Positions 44,986 to 45,259 of a stretch of DNA of 45,259 bases are shown one piece after another. Origin of the DNA: Chiloscyllium plagiosum (Eukaryota); the NCBI RefSeq assembly GCF_004010195.1, contig NC_057753.1, forward strand, positions 11,674,509 through 11,719,767, in the 5' to 3' direction. Position 1 is the stretch's first letter; each line of letters opens with the position of its first letter. The translations under genes were made by a program, and so were the position numbers. Under the pieces are notes generated by a model that was not told the origin of the DNA, did no database searches, and worked only from the letters and a program-made list of their open reading frames with translations.

Positions 44986-45259
44986 CTACAGGCCCCCAAA
45001 CAATAGTCTGGATGTCGGATGTAAGTTGACTCAGGAGCTGAAATTGGCCTGTCGCAAAGATATCACTACAGTTGTTATGGGGCATTTCAACATGCAGGTA
45101 GACTGGGAGAATCAGGATGGTATTGGACCTCAAGAAAGAGACTTTGTGGAGTGCCTCAGAGATGGATTCTTAGAACAGCTGGTGCTGGAGCTGACCAGGG
45201 AGAAGGCAATTCTGGATCGGGTATTGTGTAACGAACCAGAATTGGTCAGAGACCTCGAA
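44978..45259 (+). mobile_element. CR1 LINE APE-endonuclease fragment, running off the window
   Basis: GVIYRPP...VVMGHFNMQVDW...DFVECLRDGFLEQLVLELTREKAILDRVLCNEPELV matches the GDFN and PTR..AILDLVL endonuclease motifs. Confidence 0.85.

Overview
Eukaryotic (vertebrate) genomic DNA with several N-gaps, most likely from a cartilaginous fish. That assignment is inferred from HE1/V-SINE-like SINEs, CR1 LINEs and the zinc-finger gene style. Positions ~118-8568 (+) hold the last six predicted exons of an IRF4/8/9/10-subfamily gene, best matching IRF9; all splice phases join into one ORF, and the introns are filled with minisatellites. The rest is a cluster of KRAB-less C2H2 zinc-finger genes: a 15-finger gene (13613-14995, -), a 10-finger gene (42367-43290, +), a frameshifted pseudogene (~29703-30502, +) and at least three older remnants. 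The two intact genes and the large pseudogene each have a CpG-island non-coding first exon with a shared NRF1-like site, and the two intact genes also share YY1 and E-box sites. The cluster is interspersed with CR1, SINE, RTE, Penelope-like, putative solo-LTR and Tc1/pogo-type MITE insertions. The most notable observations are: (1) a stereotyped N-terminal 'M-E-K-P-W-K-C..YPS' finger that is amplified sevenfold with long linkers in one paralog; (2) Penelope-derived hairpin elements carrying minimal hammerhead ribozyme cores with palindromic helix III; (3) a 36-bp exon-start repeat in IRF9 that creates an array of AG|GT splice sites; (4) a helically phased CCAAT/GC-box promoter array. Repeat boundaries are approximate, and no database searches were run.
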